Shown one piece after another: positions 1 through 7,503 of a stretch of DNA of 57,021 nt. Location of the stretch: the IMG/VR virus record IMGVR_UViG_3300045988_085176, one strand, 5' to 3'. Source of the stretch: a virus. The position numbers and the translations under genes are program-made. Under the pieces are notes generated by a model. That model searched no databases and was not told the DNA's origin. It saw nothing but the letters and a program-made list of their open reading frames with translations. Position 1 is the stretch's first letter. Every line of letters begins with the position of its first letter.

Positions 1-99
1 ATAAAGAAATCTCTTAGAGCCACAAGGGTTATATGGTTTTATGATATACTGCTTCCGGTTCTGAATGTTGGGGGTTCGAGTCCCTTCGGCCGTACCAAA
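1..99. repeat. Terminal direct repeat, copy 1 (identical to 56923-57021)
   Basis: First 99 bases are repeated base for base as the last 99 bases of the window. Confidence 0.95.
70..97 (+). other. tRNA 3'-end fragment (T-arm, acceptor 3' strand, CCA); candidate att core
   Basis: GGGGG-TTCGAGT-CCCTT then CGGCCGT-A-CCA. No complementary 5' acceptor strand (A/GCGGCCG) in the preceding 70 nt, so only a 3' fragment is present. Confidence 0.6.
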
Positions 100-107
100 G
101 AAAAAAG

Positions 108-147
108 CTCCGAAAGCCTTGATTTTAAAGGGTTTTCGGAGTTTTTT
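108..147 (+). terminator. Intrinsic terminator after the tRNA-like fragment
   Basis: CTCCGAAA (108-115) pairs with TTTCGGAG (134-141), followed by TTTTTT. Confidence 0.7.
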
Positions 148-201
148 ATGTTTCTGAAAAGAAAGTTACAAGTGCATAAAACAGCATATTTTTAGCTATT
201 A

Positions 202-226
202 GGTGGTGGAAAAGGTGGTGGAAAAA
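202..226 (+). repeat. Tandem GGTGGTGGAAAA x2 (candidate integrase arm-type sites)
   Basis: Two adjacent 12-mers. A related GGTGGAAAT/GGTGGTGGAAAT pair lies at 56891-56911 on the other side of the att core. Confidence 0.4.
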
Positions 227-251
227 TCCGCCCCCATTTCTGAGGGCGGAT
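217..251 (-). terminator. Terminator of the leftmost - strand gene
   Basis: ATCCGCCC/GGGCGGAT hairpin followed on the - strand by TTTTCC. Confidence 0.6.
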
Positions 252-254
252 CTG

Positions 255-1043
255 TCATCTCACGACGTACTGATAATACTTAGCGAGTTTGTCCGGTCCG
301 GCGTCCTTGTCGTCCAGGAACGCTTTCGCCATGTCCACGTAGAAGTCGATATTGCTCCCCACGTTGAACTTTTTGGCGACCTTGACATAATCGCTGTAGA
401 TCATGTTGAGGGCCGCCCAGAACTCCGCAGGGTCGCACTCGATCCCGCGCTGGGCCATGACCTGCTTGGCCTGCTCAAACGACCAATGAGGCCCCTTTGT
501 GCCGTCCTCATTTTCCATATTGGCGGTCCATTCCTCCGCCATGCGGCGGTCGAAGGGCATGTGCCCGGAAGCGGCTCCATAGCCACTCATTCGCTCTCCA
601 CCTCTCCGGTATTCCATTTCGTTCATGCGGTAGTCGTGTTCAAACTCCCTGGGGGTCTTCATTTCACCCTCACCAGAAATGGCGAATCCGATCTTATTCA
701 TGGGCCTAGTCATCTCCCGTCTATCAGTATAGGCCGGAGGCATATAGTATGGATAGCCATAGTGGGACTGAGGGCCCGTCATGCGGTCATCCCAGTAGTT
801 GCTCTCCACCCACGTCCCACCATCATTGCGAGGGGCAAAACGGCCATCAGAATATCGACGATATCCCCGGTCCTCCGGCTCCATCATCTCAGAACGAGGC
901 GCATACCGACCGTTGTCATAGTGCTCCCGGCCACGGCGGTCACGGAATTTATCATCAACATCGTAGTTTTCATAGCTGCGTCCATCGTTGTAGCGGCGAT
1001 TGCTGCCACTGGACATGAGCATCATCCGTGTGGATCGTTTCAT
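255..1043 (-). CDS. Hypothetical protein; R/Y/D/G-rich disordered N-half and a globular C-terminal domain
   Basis: 262-aa ORF with RBS AGGAGGG upstream. N-half is repeats such as RRYNDGR, RGYRRYSDGRF. C-terminal ~100 aa is non-repetitive. Confidence 0.7.
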   Translation of the reverse strand: MKRSTRMMLMSSGSNRRYNDGRSYENYDVDDKFRDRRGREHYDNGRYAPRSEMMEPEDRGYRRYSDGRFAPRNDGGTWVESNYWDDRMTGPQSHYGYPYYMPPAYTDRREMTRPMNKIGFAISGEGEMKTPREFEHDYRMNEMEYRRGGERMSGYGAASGHMPFDRRMAEEWTANMENEDGTKGPHWSFEQAKQVMAQRGIECDPAEFWAALNMIYSDYVKVAKKFNVGSNIDFYVDMAKAFLDDKDAGPDKLAKYYQYVVR

Positions 1044-1055
1044 TTTGATCCCTCC

Positions 1056-1451
1056 TTACGCCGTAGGGGCGGGAGAAGCGCCCCCGTCAATGCTGGTTAG
1101 GTTGTTGCTGGGGGAGCAGCAGGGAGTGCCCAGCATACGGAACGAGCCTCCGGTTGGGGTAGTAACGACACAGAGAGAGTATTTGGTCCGGGTACGGATG
1201 CCACATGCGGTGACCTGGGAGCACGATCTATTTGTCATAGGATATTGGGTCGTCCCACTCCCAATAGTAAACACTACCGGCGCTACAATAGTAGTTGTCT
1301 CTGGAATCGTTTGACTAAGCACAACACAATATTTCTCTCCGTTTTCGTATGAGCCAGCGGGTAAATTAACTACAAGGTTTCCGCCTGTAAACTCAATGGA
1401 TTGACTGAAGACTAGTCGATTGCAAAGTCTGCACACGGGTTTGCATGGCAT
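1056..1451 (-). CDS. Hypothetical Cys-rich, beta-rich protein
   Basis: 131-aa ORF with RBS GGAGTG. N-terminal CKPVCRLC and C-terminal CC motifs. Confidence 0.6.
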   Translation of the reverse strand: MPCKPVCRLCNRLVFSQSIEFTGGNLVVNLPAGSYENGEKYCVVLSQTIPETTTIVAPVVFTIGSGTTQYPMTNRSCSQVTACGIRTRTKYSLCVVTTPTGGSFRMLGTPCCSPSNNLTSIDGGASPAPTA

Positions 1452-2278
1452 AATTGTTCACTCCTTTGAATTTTTATTTTTATCATCTCAATTTCTTCTT
1501 CTGTAAAGGGGAACTGTCCTTTCCTATGCCTTGCCGCATACGTCCCATACTTCCATCCCATAAAGCTTGTCCATTCCTTAAGCGATTTTTTCTGACTCTC
1601 AATTTCTATGAAAATAGTTTTTCTTTGGTTATTTGCCTGTTGTTTCACTGTAGCCCACCGGCAATTTTTAGGGCAATAATCACCATCCACGTCAATCCGG
1701 TCTATTGTAAGTCCTTCCACATATCCACTGGATAGAGCCCACTCCATAAACCGTTCAAATCCCTGACTCCATGCATCGCACACTTTTATTCCACGACCGC
1801 CGTAACTGCTATACCGTTTGTTTTTCGGGTCATTACAGCGGTTCATCATATTAGTGTATGTGTTATAAAGTTTGCTATTTCGCATCCCGTGTTTGGTAAA
1901 CCTTTTAGATGTTTCTTCTTTTTGGAGACATCCACACGATTTAGATAATCCCCTTGTTAGATTGGAATGATATACCCTTACAGTATTTCCGCACTCACAT
2001 TGGCACAAATACATTTGGTTTCCGTTCTCTTTTCCATCTTTTTTTAGAACAGTAAGTCTTCCAAACTTTTTGCCGGTTAGGTCATTTTTTCGCATACATC
2101 CGCAGGACTTCTTATCGCCGTTTTTCAAGTGAAGGCTGGTGGCAATTGTCTCGTTCCCACAATCACATATACATTTCCAATATACAGTACTTCCCCTTTT
2201 CGGCATATCATAACACCGTTCAAGCACAGTCAATTTCCCAAATCTTTTTCCAGTCAGATCGTCAAGCTTAAATGCCAT
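1412..2278 (-). CDS. Zn-ribbon repeat protein with AP2/HNH-like DNA-binding domain; paralog of 39513-40142
   Basis: Two FG(K/R)LTV...C.C.CGN...SCGC modules, then YGGRGI.VC..W and DRID..G.YCP.NCRW motifs. RBS GGAGG. Confidence 0.65.
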   Translation of the reverse strand: MAFKLDDLTGKRFGKLTVLERCYDMPKRGSTVYWKCICDCGNETIATSLHLKNGDKKSCGCMRKNDLTGKKFGRLTVLKKDGKENGNQMYLCQCECGNTVRVYHSNLTRGLSKSCGCLQKEETSKRFTKHGMRNSKLYNTYTNMMNRCNDPKNKRYSSYGGRGIKVCDAWSQGFERFMEWALSSGYVEGLTIDRIDVDGDYCPKNCRWATVKQQANNQRKTIFIEIESQKKSLKEWTSFMGWKYGTYAARHRKGQFPFTEEEIEMIKIKIQRSEQLCHANPCADFAID

Positions 2279-2438
2279 AATAGAACCTCCATAGAAATTT
2301 TATGTTTCTATTATAGCAAATGGAAAGAAATAATAAAACGTGTTTTTTAAAGAAATCAGGGGCGGCAGACACTCAGCCCACCGCCCCGAAATAGTCACGG
2401 CAGAGCCGGAAAGTTAATTGCCTCGATTTTGATGCAAT

Positions 2439-3209
2439 TTAGCAGCCACAGCCGCATCCATTGTTATAGGCCCCGCAGTAGGGATAGGGGGCGGGCACCT
2501 GATAGGCGGGCACAGGCATGGGGTTGATCCGGCGGATCAGCTCAGAGGTCTGGGCATCCAGAGTAGCGGTCAGGTAGCTGTTCTGGTTGGCCTGAGAGGC
2601 AGCCAGCTTGAGAGACTGATTCTCCGCCTGGAGGGAATCGATCTTGCTCTGAGTCAGGAAGTCCAGAATGGCGCGGGTGTTGGAATTGTTATTCTCCAGG
2701 ATATCGCGGGTACTGCCCTGGATGGTGTTCTGGATGGCGCAGGTGTTGGTGGCCATGTTGTAATTCACACCATCAATGGCCCGCTGGGTCTGGCAGCAGC
2801 AATCCTGAGCCTGAGCGGCCATATTGCACATCTGAGACTGGACACCGTTGAAGCCCTGAAGCAGAGCCACATTGGTGTTGTTGAAGCCGCTGGTGATGCT
2901 GTTGTTCAGGGCATAAGTGCTGTCACAGATGCCCTGCTGGATAGCAGAGATGCCGCGCTCCACACCGTTGAAGGCAATGGCCTCATTGACATCGGCACGG
3001 GTTGCAAGGCCCTGGAGACCGGGGCTATCGGACGCGCCGCCTCCACCGAAGCCGCCAAAGCCTCCCCAGCCCCCGCGGCCCCAGCCGAATACCATAGCCA
3101 GAATGATGATGCCCCAAATGCCTTCCCAGGCACCACCACCAAAGCCGTTGTTGCAGCCACCGTTAGAATCGCTGCCCAGCGCATAGCCAGTCGCAAAATC
3201 GTTATCCAT
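2439..3209 (-). CDS. Hypothetical Gly-rich membrane protein with N/Q-rich core and CGCGC C-terminus
   Basis: 256 aa with RBS AAGGAG. One TM (IWGIIILAMVFGW) flanked by GGWGGFGGFGGGG. CCC and GCGCGC motifs near the C-terminus. Confidence 0.65.
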   Translation of the reverse strand: MDNDFATGYALGSDSNGGCNNGFGGGAWEGIWGIIILAMVFGWGRGGWGGFGGFGGGGASDSPGLQGLATRADVNEAIAFNGVERGISAIQQGICDSTYALNNSITSGFNNTNVALLQGFNGVQSQMCNMAAQAQDCCCQTQRAIDGVNYNMATNTCAIQNTIQGSTRDILENNNSNTRAILDFLTQSKIDSLQAENQSLKLAASQANQNSYLTATLDAQTSELIRRINPMPVPAYQVPAPYPYCGAYNNGCGCGC

Positions 3210-3315
3210 TGTATATACTCCTTTATCAGTTATTACATCGGGGCCGTACGCTCCCCGGATGTTTCCAAAGAGCGGTTTTTATCAAGACCCGAAAACTGAT
3301 AAAGAGTGCGCTATT

Positions 3316-3552
3316 TTATTTCATCGGAAGCCCAAGTTGTCTTGCGATCTCCTCAACTGAGGTCCCTCTCTGCTTTGCCATGTTCTCCGCAGTTTGGCGG
3401 AGCTGCTGCGGGTTTTTCCCCTGGATGAGCCGCATAGCCTGGGCGGCCTGTGGGTTCTGCCCAGCCATTTGCTGGAGCATTTGCATGGGATTTCCGCCGT
3501 TCCGCGCCATCTGGAGCATAGCCATCATGGGATTATTCATCGGAGGCATCAT
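3316..3552 (-). CDS. Hypothetical Met/Gln/Pro-rich small protein
   Basis: 78-aa ORF in the operon with its neighbours. Composition MMPPMNNPMMAMLQM... Confidence 0.5.
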   Translation of the reverse strand: MMPPMNNPMMAMLQMARNGGNPMQMLQQMAGQNPQAAQAMRLIQGKNPQQLRQTAENMAKQRGTSVEEIARQLGLPMK

Positions 3553-4021
3553 TCCTTTTCACTGCCTTTCCAGCGGGCTTTTTCAGTCTGTCCACCTCAT
3601 CTTTTAGGTTTTGCACTGTGTCCTTCATGTCTATAAACTCGTCCAGTGGAGCAAAGGCCGCCACCTGCGCAGGGGCTTGTTCCTGTTTTTCTCTTGGTAC
3701 ATCGAGCTTAAACTCGAACACATCAGCTGCACCGCTGTTGGTATTGAATCGTTTCATGTAGACCACATTATGGGCAAGGTCCGGGAAGAACATTGGAGCA
3801 CCCATAAAGTCTACCGGGACCCCAAGCGCCTCCTCTCGGGAGGCCACAGGACGGCAGAAAAAGTTAGGCTGTGTGTTTGTATTCCCAACCGTCTGTGCGG
3901 CCTGTACGGGTTGCGGAGAGGGCTGCTGCATAGGCTGGTAGATCTGTGGAGCGGGCGCAAACGGAGTTACTGGGTTGTATCCGCCATAAGCGGGGTATGT
4001 ATAATTAGGAAATCCGGCCAT
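3533..4021 (-). CDS. Hypothetical protein with Pro/Gln-rich N-terminus
   Basis: 162-aa ORF. Its start overlaps the upstream small ORF stop. C-terminal coiled-coil-like segment. Confidence 0.6.
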   Translation of the reverse strand: MAGFPNYTYPAYGGYNPVTPFAPAPQIYQPMQQPSPQPVQAAQTVGNTNTQPNFFCRPVASREEALGVPVDFMGAPMFFPDLAHNVVYMKRFNTNSGAADVFEFKLDVPREKQEQAPAQVAAFAPLDEFIDMKDTVQNLKDEVDRLKKPAGKAVKRNDASDE

Positions 4022-4166
4022 TGTCCAGCGCCTCCTTCCTCGCTTCTACTTCATCCAAGTATTTTTGGAGCCCATAGTCATCCCCCTGGGCCTGATACCA
4101 CATCACGCTCTCGGCGGCACAGTCCGGTCGGATACCGGCGGCTACTAGCCTTTCTACCGGGGTCAT
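4005..4166 (-). CDS. Small hypothetical protein (53 aa, below the ORF-track cutoff)
   Basis: ATG at 4164-4166. Reads MTPVERLVAAGIRPDCAAES...; stop overlaps the start of the next gene. Confidence 0.4.
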   Translation of the reverse strand: MTPVERLVAAGIRPDCAAESVMWYQAQGDDYGLQKYLDEVEARKEALDNGRIS

Positions 4167-4263
4167 ATATCACACGTCCTTTATCATAAAAATCAGGAGT
4201 CCGTGAGGAGGGCGGCGACGTGTACCAACCCTTGATCCCCACGTCCTCCATGGATATATTGTC

Positions 4264-4300
4264 GCATAAAATAAACCCGCATGGGTGGCATCCATGCGGG
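4264..4300 (-). terminator. Strong - strand intrinsic terminator
   Basis: CCCGCATGG/CCATGCGGG 9-bp stem (4276-4300) followed on the - strand by TTTATTTTAT. Confidence 0.7.
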
Positions 4301-4366
4301 AGTTGTGTGGGGGTTATGTGGAATTTGCGTGACTTTTTACTGTATCCAACTGACGTTTGTTTTTCT

Positions 4367-4394
4367 TTGCAAATTCTAGTTTTTAGTGTATAAT
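4367..4394 (+). promoter_or_regulatory. Sigma-A-type promoter for the + strand moron
   Basis: TTGCAA, 16-nt spacer, TATAAT. Confidence 0.6.
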
Positions 4395-4416
4395 ATATAG
4401 ACAGAGATGATGATAG

Positions 4417-4668
4417 GTGTATAAAAAGGAAACCCGAAATTGCAAGATATTTATTCTTTTCTGTTTATTGGGTGTAGCATACGGCTCAGGAAATTTTGTG
4501 TGGGGTATTGTATGCGGACGGATGTTTTCTATCGTTGGCGGGATTATTTGTGCTCTGGTGTGCGGTTTTTGCTCGATGCGAAGCGTTAGGAACATCGAGA
4601 TTTATGCAGCAATTGGAAAAGACCACGAAGATCTGATAAAATTGGCAAAACAAAAGGAGCCAGGTTAA
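4417..4668 (+). CDS. Small membrane protein (moron, opposite strand, AT-rich)
   Basis: 83 aa with hydrophobic segments FILFCLLGVAYG and IVGGIICALVCGF. Own promoter and terminator. Start codon uncertain. Confidence 0.55.
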   Translation: MYKKETRNCKIFILFCLLGVAYGSGNFVWGIVCGRMFSIVGGIICALVCGFCSMRSVRNIEIYAAIGKDHEDLIKLAKQKEPG

Positions 4669-4687
4669 TACCTGACTCCTTCTTTTT
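4656..4687. terminator. Bidirectional terminator shared by convergent genes
   Basis: GGAGCCAGGT/ACCTGACTCC hairpin with T-runs on both strands. Confidence 0.65.
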
Positions 4688-4925
4688 GTGCAATTCTACT
4701 TGCGGACCGCTTCACTTCATCCATTATGTACGAAAGGTGGTGAGACACTGTTGACCTATCCCAGCCCAACTCAGCCGCAACATCGACTTGTGCTGATTTT
4801 TCAATAATACAGCGTCTGGCAATCAAATCATCGTCCCGGTGCAGGGCCGCCTCATAAATTGCACGTTCCAGATCAGAGCGTAAAAGGTCAGCCAATTCTG
4901 GAGGAAGCTTCACTTTTCCGCCCAT
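4665..4925 (-). CDS. Sigma-70 region-4-like HTH protein
   Basis: Probable start MGGKVKL. Segment SAQVDVAAELGWDRSTVSHHLSYI resembles a region 4 / LuxR-type HTH. Confidence 0.5.
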   Translation of the reverse strand: MGGKVKLPPELADLLRSDLERAIYEAALHRDDDLIARRCIIEKSAQVDVAAELGWDRSTVSHHLSYIMDEVKRSASRIAQKEGVRY

Positions 4926-4941
4926 GCTCCACGTCCTTTCT

Positions 4942-5625
4942 TTATCCCTTCCTTGCCAGCGCTGCAACCACCACGGACAGCTCTTCACGGGTCATCCACG
5001 ACTTGGGCCGCTCGATCGTCCCGCCCACATCGGTCATAGCTCCGACATCGATTGCCGTATCAATAAACGGCTTTGCCCAGTCGCTGGCCGGTTCCTTTGC
5101 TTTCGCTTTCAAATAGTTCTCCATAAAGGTATTAAACTGATCCTGAGTCATATCATCATCCTCCTGATATTCGGGGCGATATGCCCCCACAATGAATTTC
5201 TTGTGTCTCCGGCGGCGCAGTACCGCACCTCCGTTGTCCTCACTGGCGCTTCCGGTATTGCCGTCAATGGTGGTGATGTAGGTCCCGTCCCAGCTCTCGC
5301 AGATACCAACATGCCCGGCGGAGCTTCTTCCGGAGAAGTTGAAGAACACGATGTCTCCCGGCCGGTAGTCAGTCACCTTCTGCTTCTTGTGGAAGGACAT
5401 CAGCGTGGGGCAGTAGGCGGTCTCTCCGCCGCCGTAGTACAACTCGGGAGCCCCGGCCTCCCGAAACACCCACCAGACGAACACGGCGCACCAGGGGTGT
5501 TTGCCATCGGATACCTCCCTGCCATAGTAGGCAGTGTTGTATTTCACATTATCACTTTTGGCAGGGGATTCTTTGGTCCCGATCTGCGACCGGGCGATCT
5601 CCAGAATATCATTTGCTGTCGACAT
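4942..5625 (-). CDS. Endolysin, CHAP-domain peptidase/amidase
   Basis: Start MSTANDIL with RBS GGAGGGAG. Catalytic-type Cys in HPWCAVFVWW and His in AGHVGI. Confidence 0.8.
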   Translation of the reverse strand: MSTANDILEIARSQIGTKESPAKSDNVKYNTAYYGREVSDGKHPWCAVFVWWVFREAGAPELYYGGGETAYCPTLMSFHKKQKVTDYRPGDIVFFNFSGRSSAGHVGICESWDGTYITTIDGNTGSASEDNGGAVLRRRRHKKFIVGAYRPEYQEDDDMTQDQFNTFMENYLKAKAKEPASDWAKPFIDTAIDVGAMTDVGGTIERPKSWMTREELSVVVAALARKG

Positions 5626-5893
5626 TTTCTCCCTCCTCAGTGGGAAGCTGGTAGTAGTTTGTGATGGTCGTAGGGCTATCTTCCGTTCCATCTGTCAACA
5701 CATCCTGCACCTTCTGGGACTGGGTCCCGAAATAGAAGGCAATGACCACCGCATAGACGGTCATGAAGTCCTGGGCGATCTGTCCAGTGACGGACAGATA
5801 GGCGAACACACCGGTCAAGACCAGCGTGACCACGGACTTGACGGACATCAGGGCAGCTAAACGCTTCAAAATAGATTCAGGCATCTTTTTCAT
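5609..5893 (-). CDS. Holin (two TM segments)
   Basis: 94 aa with TMs VVTLVLTGVFAYLSV and FMTVYAVVIAFYFG and a charged C-terminus. Overlaps the endolysin start. Confidence 0.65.
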   Translation of the reverse strand: MKKMPESILKRLAALMSVKSVVTLVLTGVFAYLSVTGQIAQDFMTVYAVVIAFYFGTQSQKVQDVLTDGTEDSPTTITNYYQLPTEEGENVDSK

Positions 5894-6218
5894 CCTTTCT
5901 GGCCTTATCGGGCCAATTATTATTCTTGCTCAGGTTCTCCACCAGGGATTTGATGGCATAAGCCAGGACCACTCCAATGATCTCTGTGAGAGCTACCTGG
6001 GACAGGCTCTCAGCGATCTCTGTCCGGCCCAGGTAGGCCAGCAGATAGGAGCACCACACCCAGGCGCAGCCATTGAACAGGCACAGCCAGACGGCGGCTT
6101 TCATGGTCTCCATGCACCCCCTTTTGGACCGGTGGGTGGACAGCCACCACAGCCCCAGACAGAACACGCAGGCCAGCGAGAACGCCGCTACAACGGCCAG
6201 GATCATCTGCGTGCTCAT
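5877..6218 (-). CDS. Holin-like membrane protein (three TM segments)
   Basis: 113 aa. ATGA overlap with the upstream gene. Three hydrophobic helices and a basic/acidic tail. Confidence 0.55.
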   Translation of the reverse strand: MSTQMILAVVAAFSLACVFCLGLWWLSTHRSKRGCMETMKAAVWLCLFNGCAWVWCSYLLAYLGRTEIAESLSQVALTEIIGVVLAYAIKSLVENLSKNNNWPDKARKDEKDA

Positions 6219-6562
6219 AGGCCGATCCTTCCCAGCAGGAAAGCAATCACTGCGGCCAATACAGCCCAGATGGCCTTATCCTTGATGGAATCCCATCTCT
6301 TCTTTGGGGCCGCTTGTTCTGCCTCCTGCCAAGCGATCAGCTTGTCCAGCTTTCCCATGATGTTCTCGTACTGCTCGTTCCTGGCTGCTTCCGCTTTTTC
6401 CAGGTCTCTTATTCGGTCAAACAGCTTATTGTGGGTATCTCTTGCCTGCTCCTGCATTTTCTCCATCTGCCGCTCCAGCATGTTTGCTTTTTGAAGTCCA
6501 AGGCAGTCCCTCTGTGGGTCAATCAAACATTTATCGTCCATCAGGTAAGTATTGACCTCCAT
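6215..6562 (-). CDS. XhlA-like lysis-associated protein (coiled coil plus C-terminal TM)
   Basis: Coiled-coil segment LERQMEKMQEQARD...; C-terminal TM AIWAVLAAVIAFLLG. Start uncertain (ORF is open to 6664). Confidence 0.35.
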   Translation of the reverse strand: MEVNTYLMDDKCLIDPQRDCLGLQKANMLERQMEKMQEQARDTHNKLFDRIRDLEKAEAARNEQYENIMGKLDKLIAWQEAEQAAPKKRWDSIKDKAIWAVLAAVIAFLLGRIGL

Positions 6563-6709
6563 TTCGACAAAATTTTTGCTCTCCTCTTGCGGGCCCTCTT
6601 TTGATGTGCTATAATAATGCCGCATCCGACCAACTCTGAAAAGGTTACCCCCTTTTTTCGACAATCGGATGTTCCCCCCTGTATTCCTATCCGTACAGGG
6701 GGGGATTTT

Positions 6710-7153
6710 TTATACCCTTTCCCACGCCTGCGGGTAATCTGTTGGACTATGTACGGTGTTGTCTGTCAGGCATCGATATACTACGCCGCCGTCCACGCAG
6801 CACTCCCCAGACATGTACATGCCGCTGGTGCCGTTGGGTGCCAGCCACTCCTTTGCCTTAGAGGGGTCTTTGGTGTGGCAGATGGACCACAGGGCAGGGA
6901 GGTCCGCCGGTCTCTGGTCAGGCCATGTGGAAGCGTTGTAGGGCTGGAGGAGCTTATACACCTGCTCACCGTCCCTCACCGGGGCCCCGATGGGCCATCC
7001 TGAGTAGTCCTTTTCCGGGTCAAATACGGGGGTCTTGCTCTCCTCAGCAATGATGGCTGTGCCGTCAAGATCGGGGGCCCGGCTTCGCAGGTCAAGGGCG
7101 TCTGCCGCACCCTGGGACCTCATTATGCTGAGGACCAAATCTTTGGTTGTCAT
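6710..7153 (-). CDS. Protein with two CBM5/12-like carbohydrate-binding repeats
   Basis: Start MTTKDLV (ATGA overlap). Repeats ...VYKLLQPYNASTWPDQRPADLPALW and ...VYRCLTDNTVHSPTDYPQAW. Confidence 0.5.
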   Translation of the reverse strand: MTTKDLVLSIMRSQGAADALDLRSRAPDLDGTAIIAEESKTPVFDPEKDYSGWPIGAPVRDGEQVYKLLQPYNASTWPDQRPADLPALWSICHTKDPSKAKEWLAPNGTSGMYMSGECCVDGGVVYRCLTDNTVHSPTDYPQAWERV

Positions 7154-7503
7154 GCGCTCTGAACCCCCTCCTGGTACGCCGCCGCCATGCTGTCCCATAC
7201 TGCGGCGACCTCCTGCTTGTCTGCCTTGTTTTTCTCCACATCCCCCAGGCGGCTCTCTGGGGTGACCTCGTTCTCCTTTGCCGCCCTCAGATAGACCTCA
7301 AGGTTTCCCTCGATATCCTCCTGGGAGATGGTGGGCTGTTCCAGGTGATATTCGTCATACTCCCAGCCCGTGATGGTGGTCTCGTCCAGCTCTTCAGTGT
7401 ATTCCTGGGCGTTCTCGTAGAAGCGCACCAGACACCATCCTGGCTTATTGGGCATAGCCTCCACAGAGAACGTGCCGGGGTTGTTATCGCCTCTTACTCT
7501 CAT
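7150..7503 (-). CDS. Hypothetical tail-module protein
   Basis: Start MRVRGDNNPG; ATGA overlap with the fibre gene stop. Confidence 0.55.
   Translation of the reverse strand: MRVRGDNNPGTFSVEAMPNKPGWCLVRFYENAQEYTEELDETTITGWEYDEYHLEQPTISQEDIEGNLEVYLRAAKENEVTPESRLGDVEKNKADKQEVAAVWDSMAAAYQEGVQSA

Noticed and set aside
70-97. att fragment as the 3' end of tmRNA (ssrA)
   Set aside because: The acceptor 3' strand CGGCCGT implies G3:C70 rather than the G3:U70 alanine identity pair. Origin from an ordinary tRNA is more likely but unproven.
486-1100. + strand ORFs (486-1100, 497-709, 749-1018, 1000-1314) overlapping the 255-1043 and 1056-1451 genes
   Set aside because: They are antisense shadows of well-supported - strand genes. 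They have no SD and their composition is Pro/His/Arg-rich.
6672-6705. CCCCCCTGTA...TACAGGGGGG hairpin after the CBM-like gene as a late-operon terminator
   Set aside because: The T-run is on the + strand only. On the coding (- ) strand there is no U-tract, and the lysis genes follow, so it is at most an attenuator or RNA-stability element.
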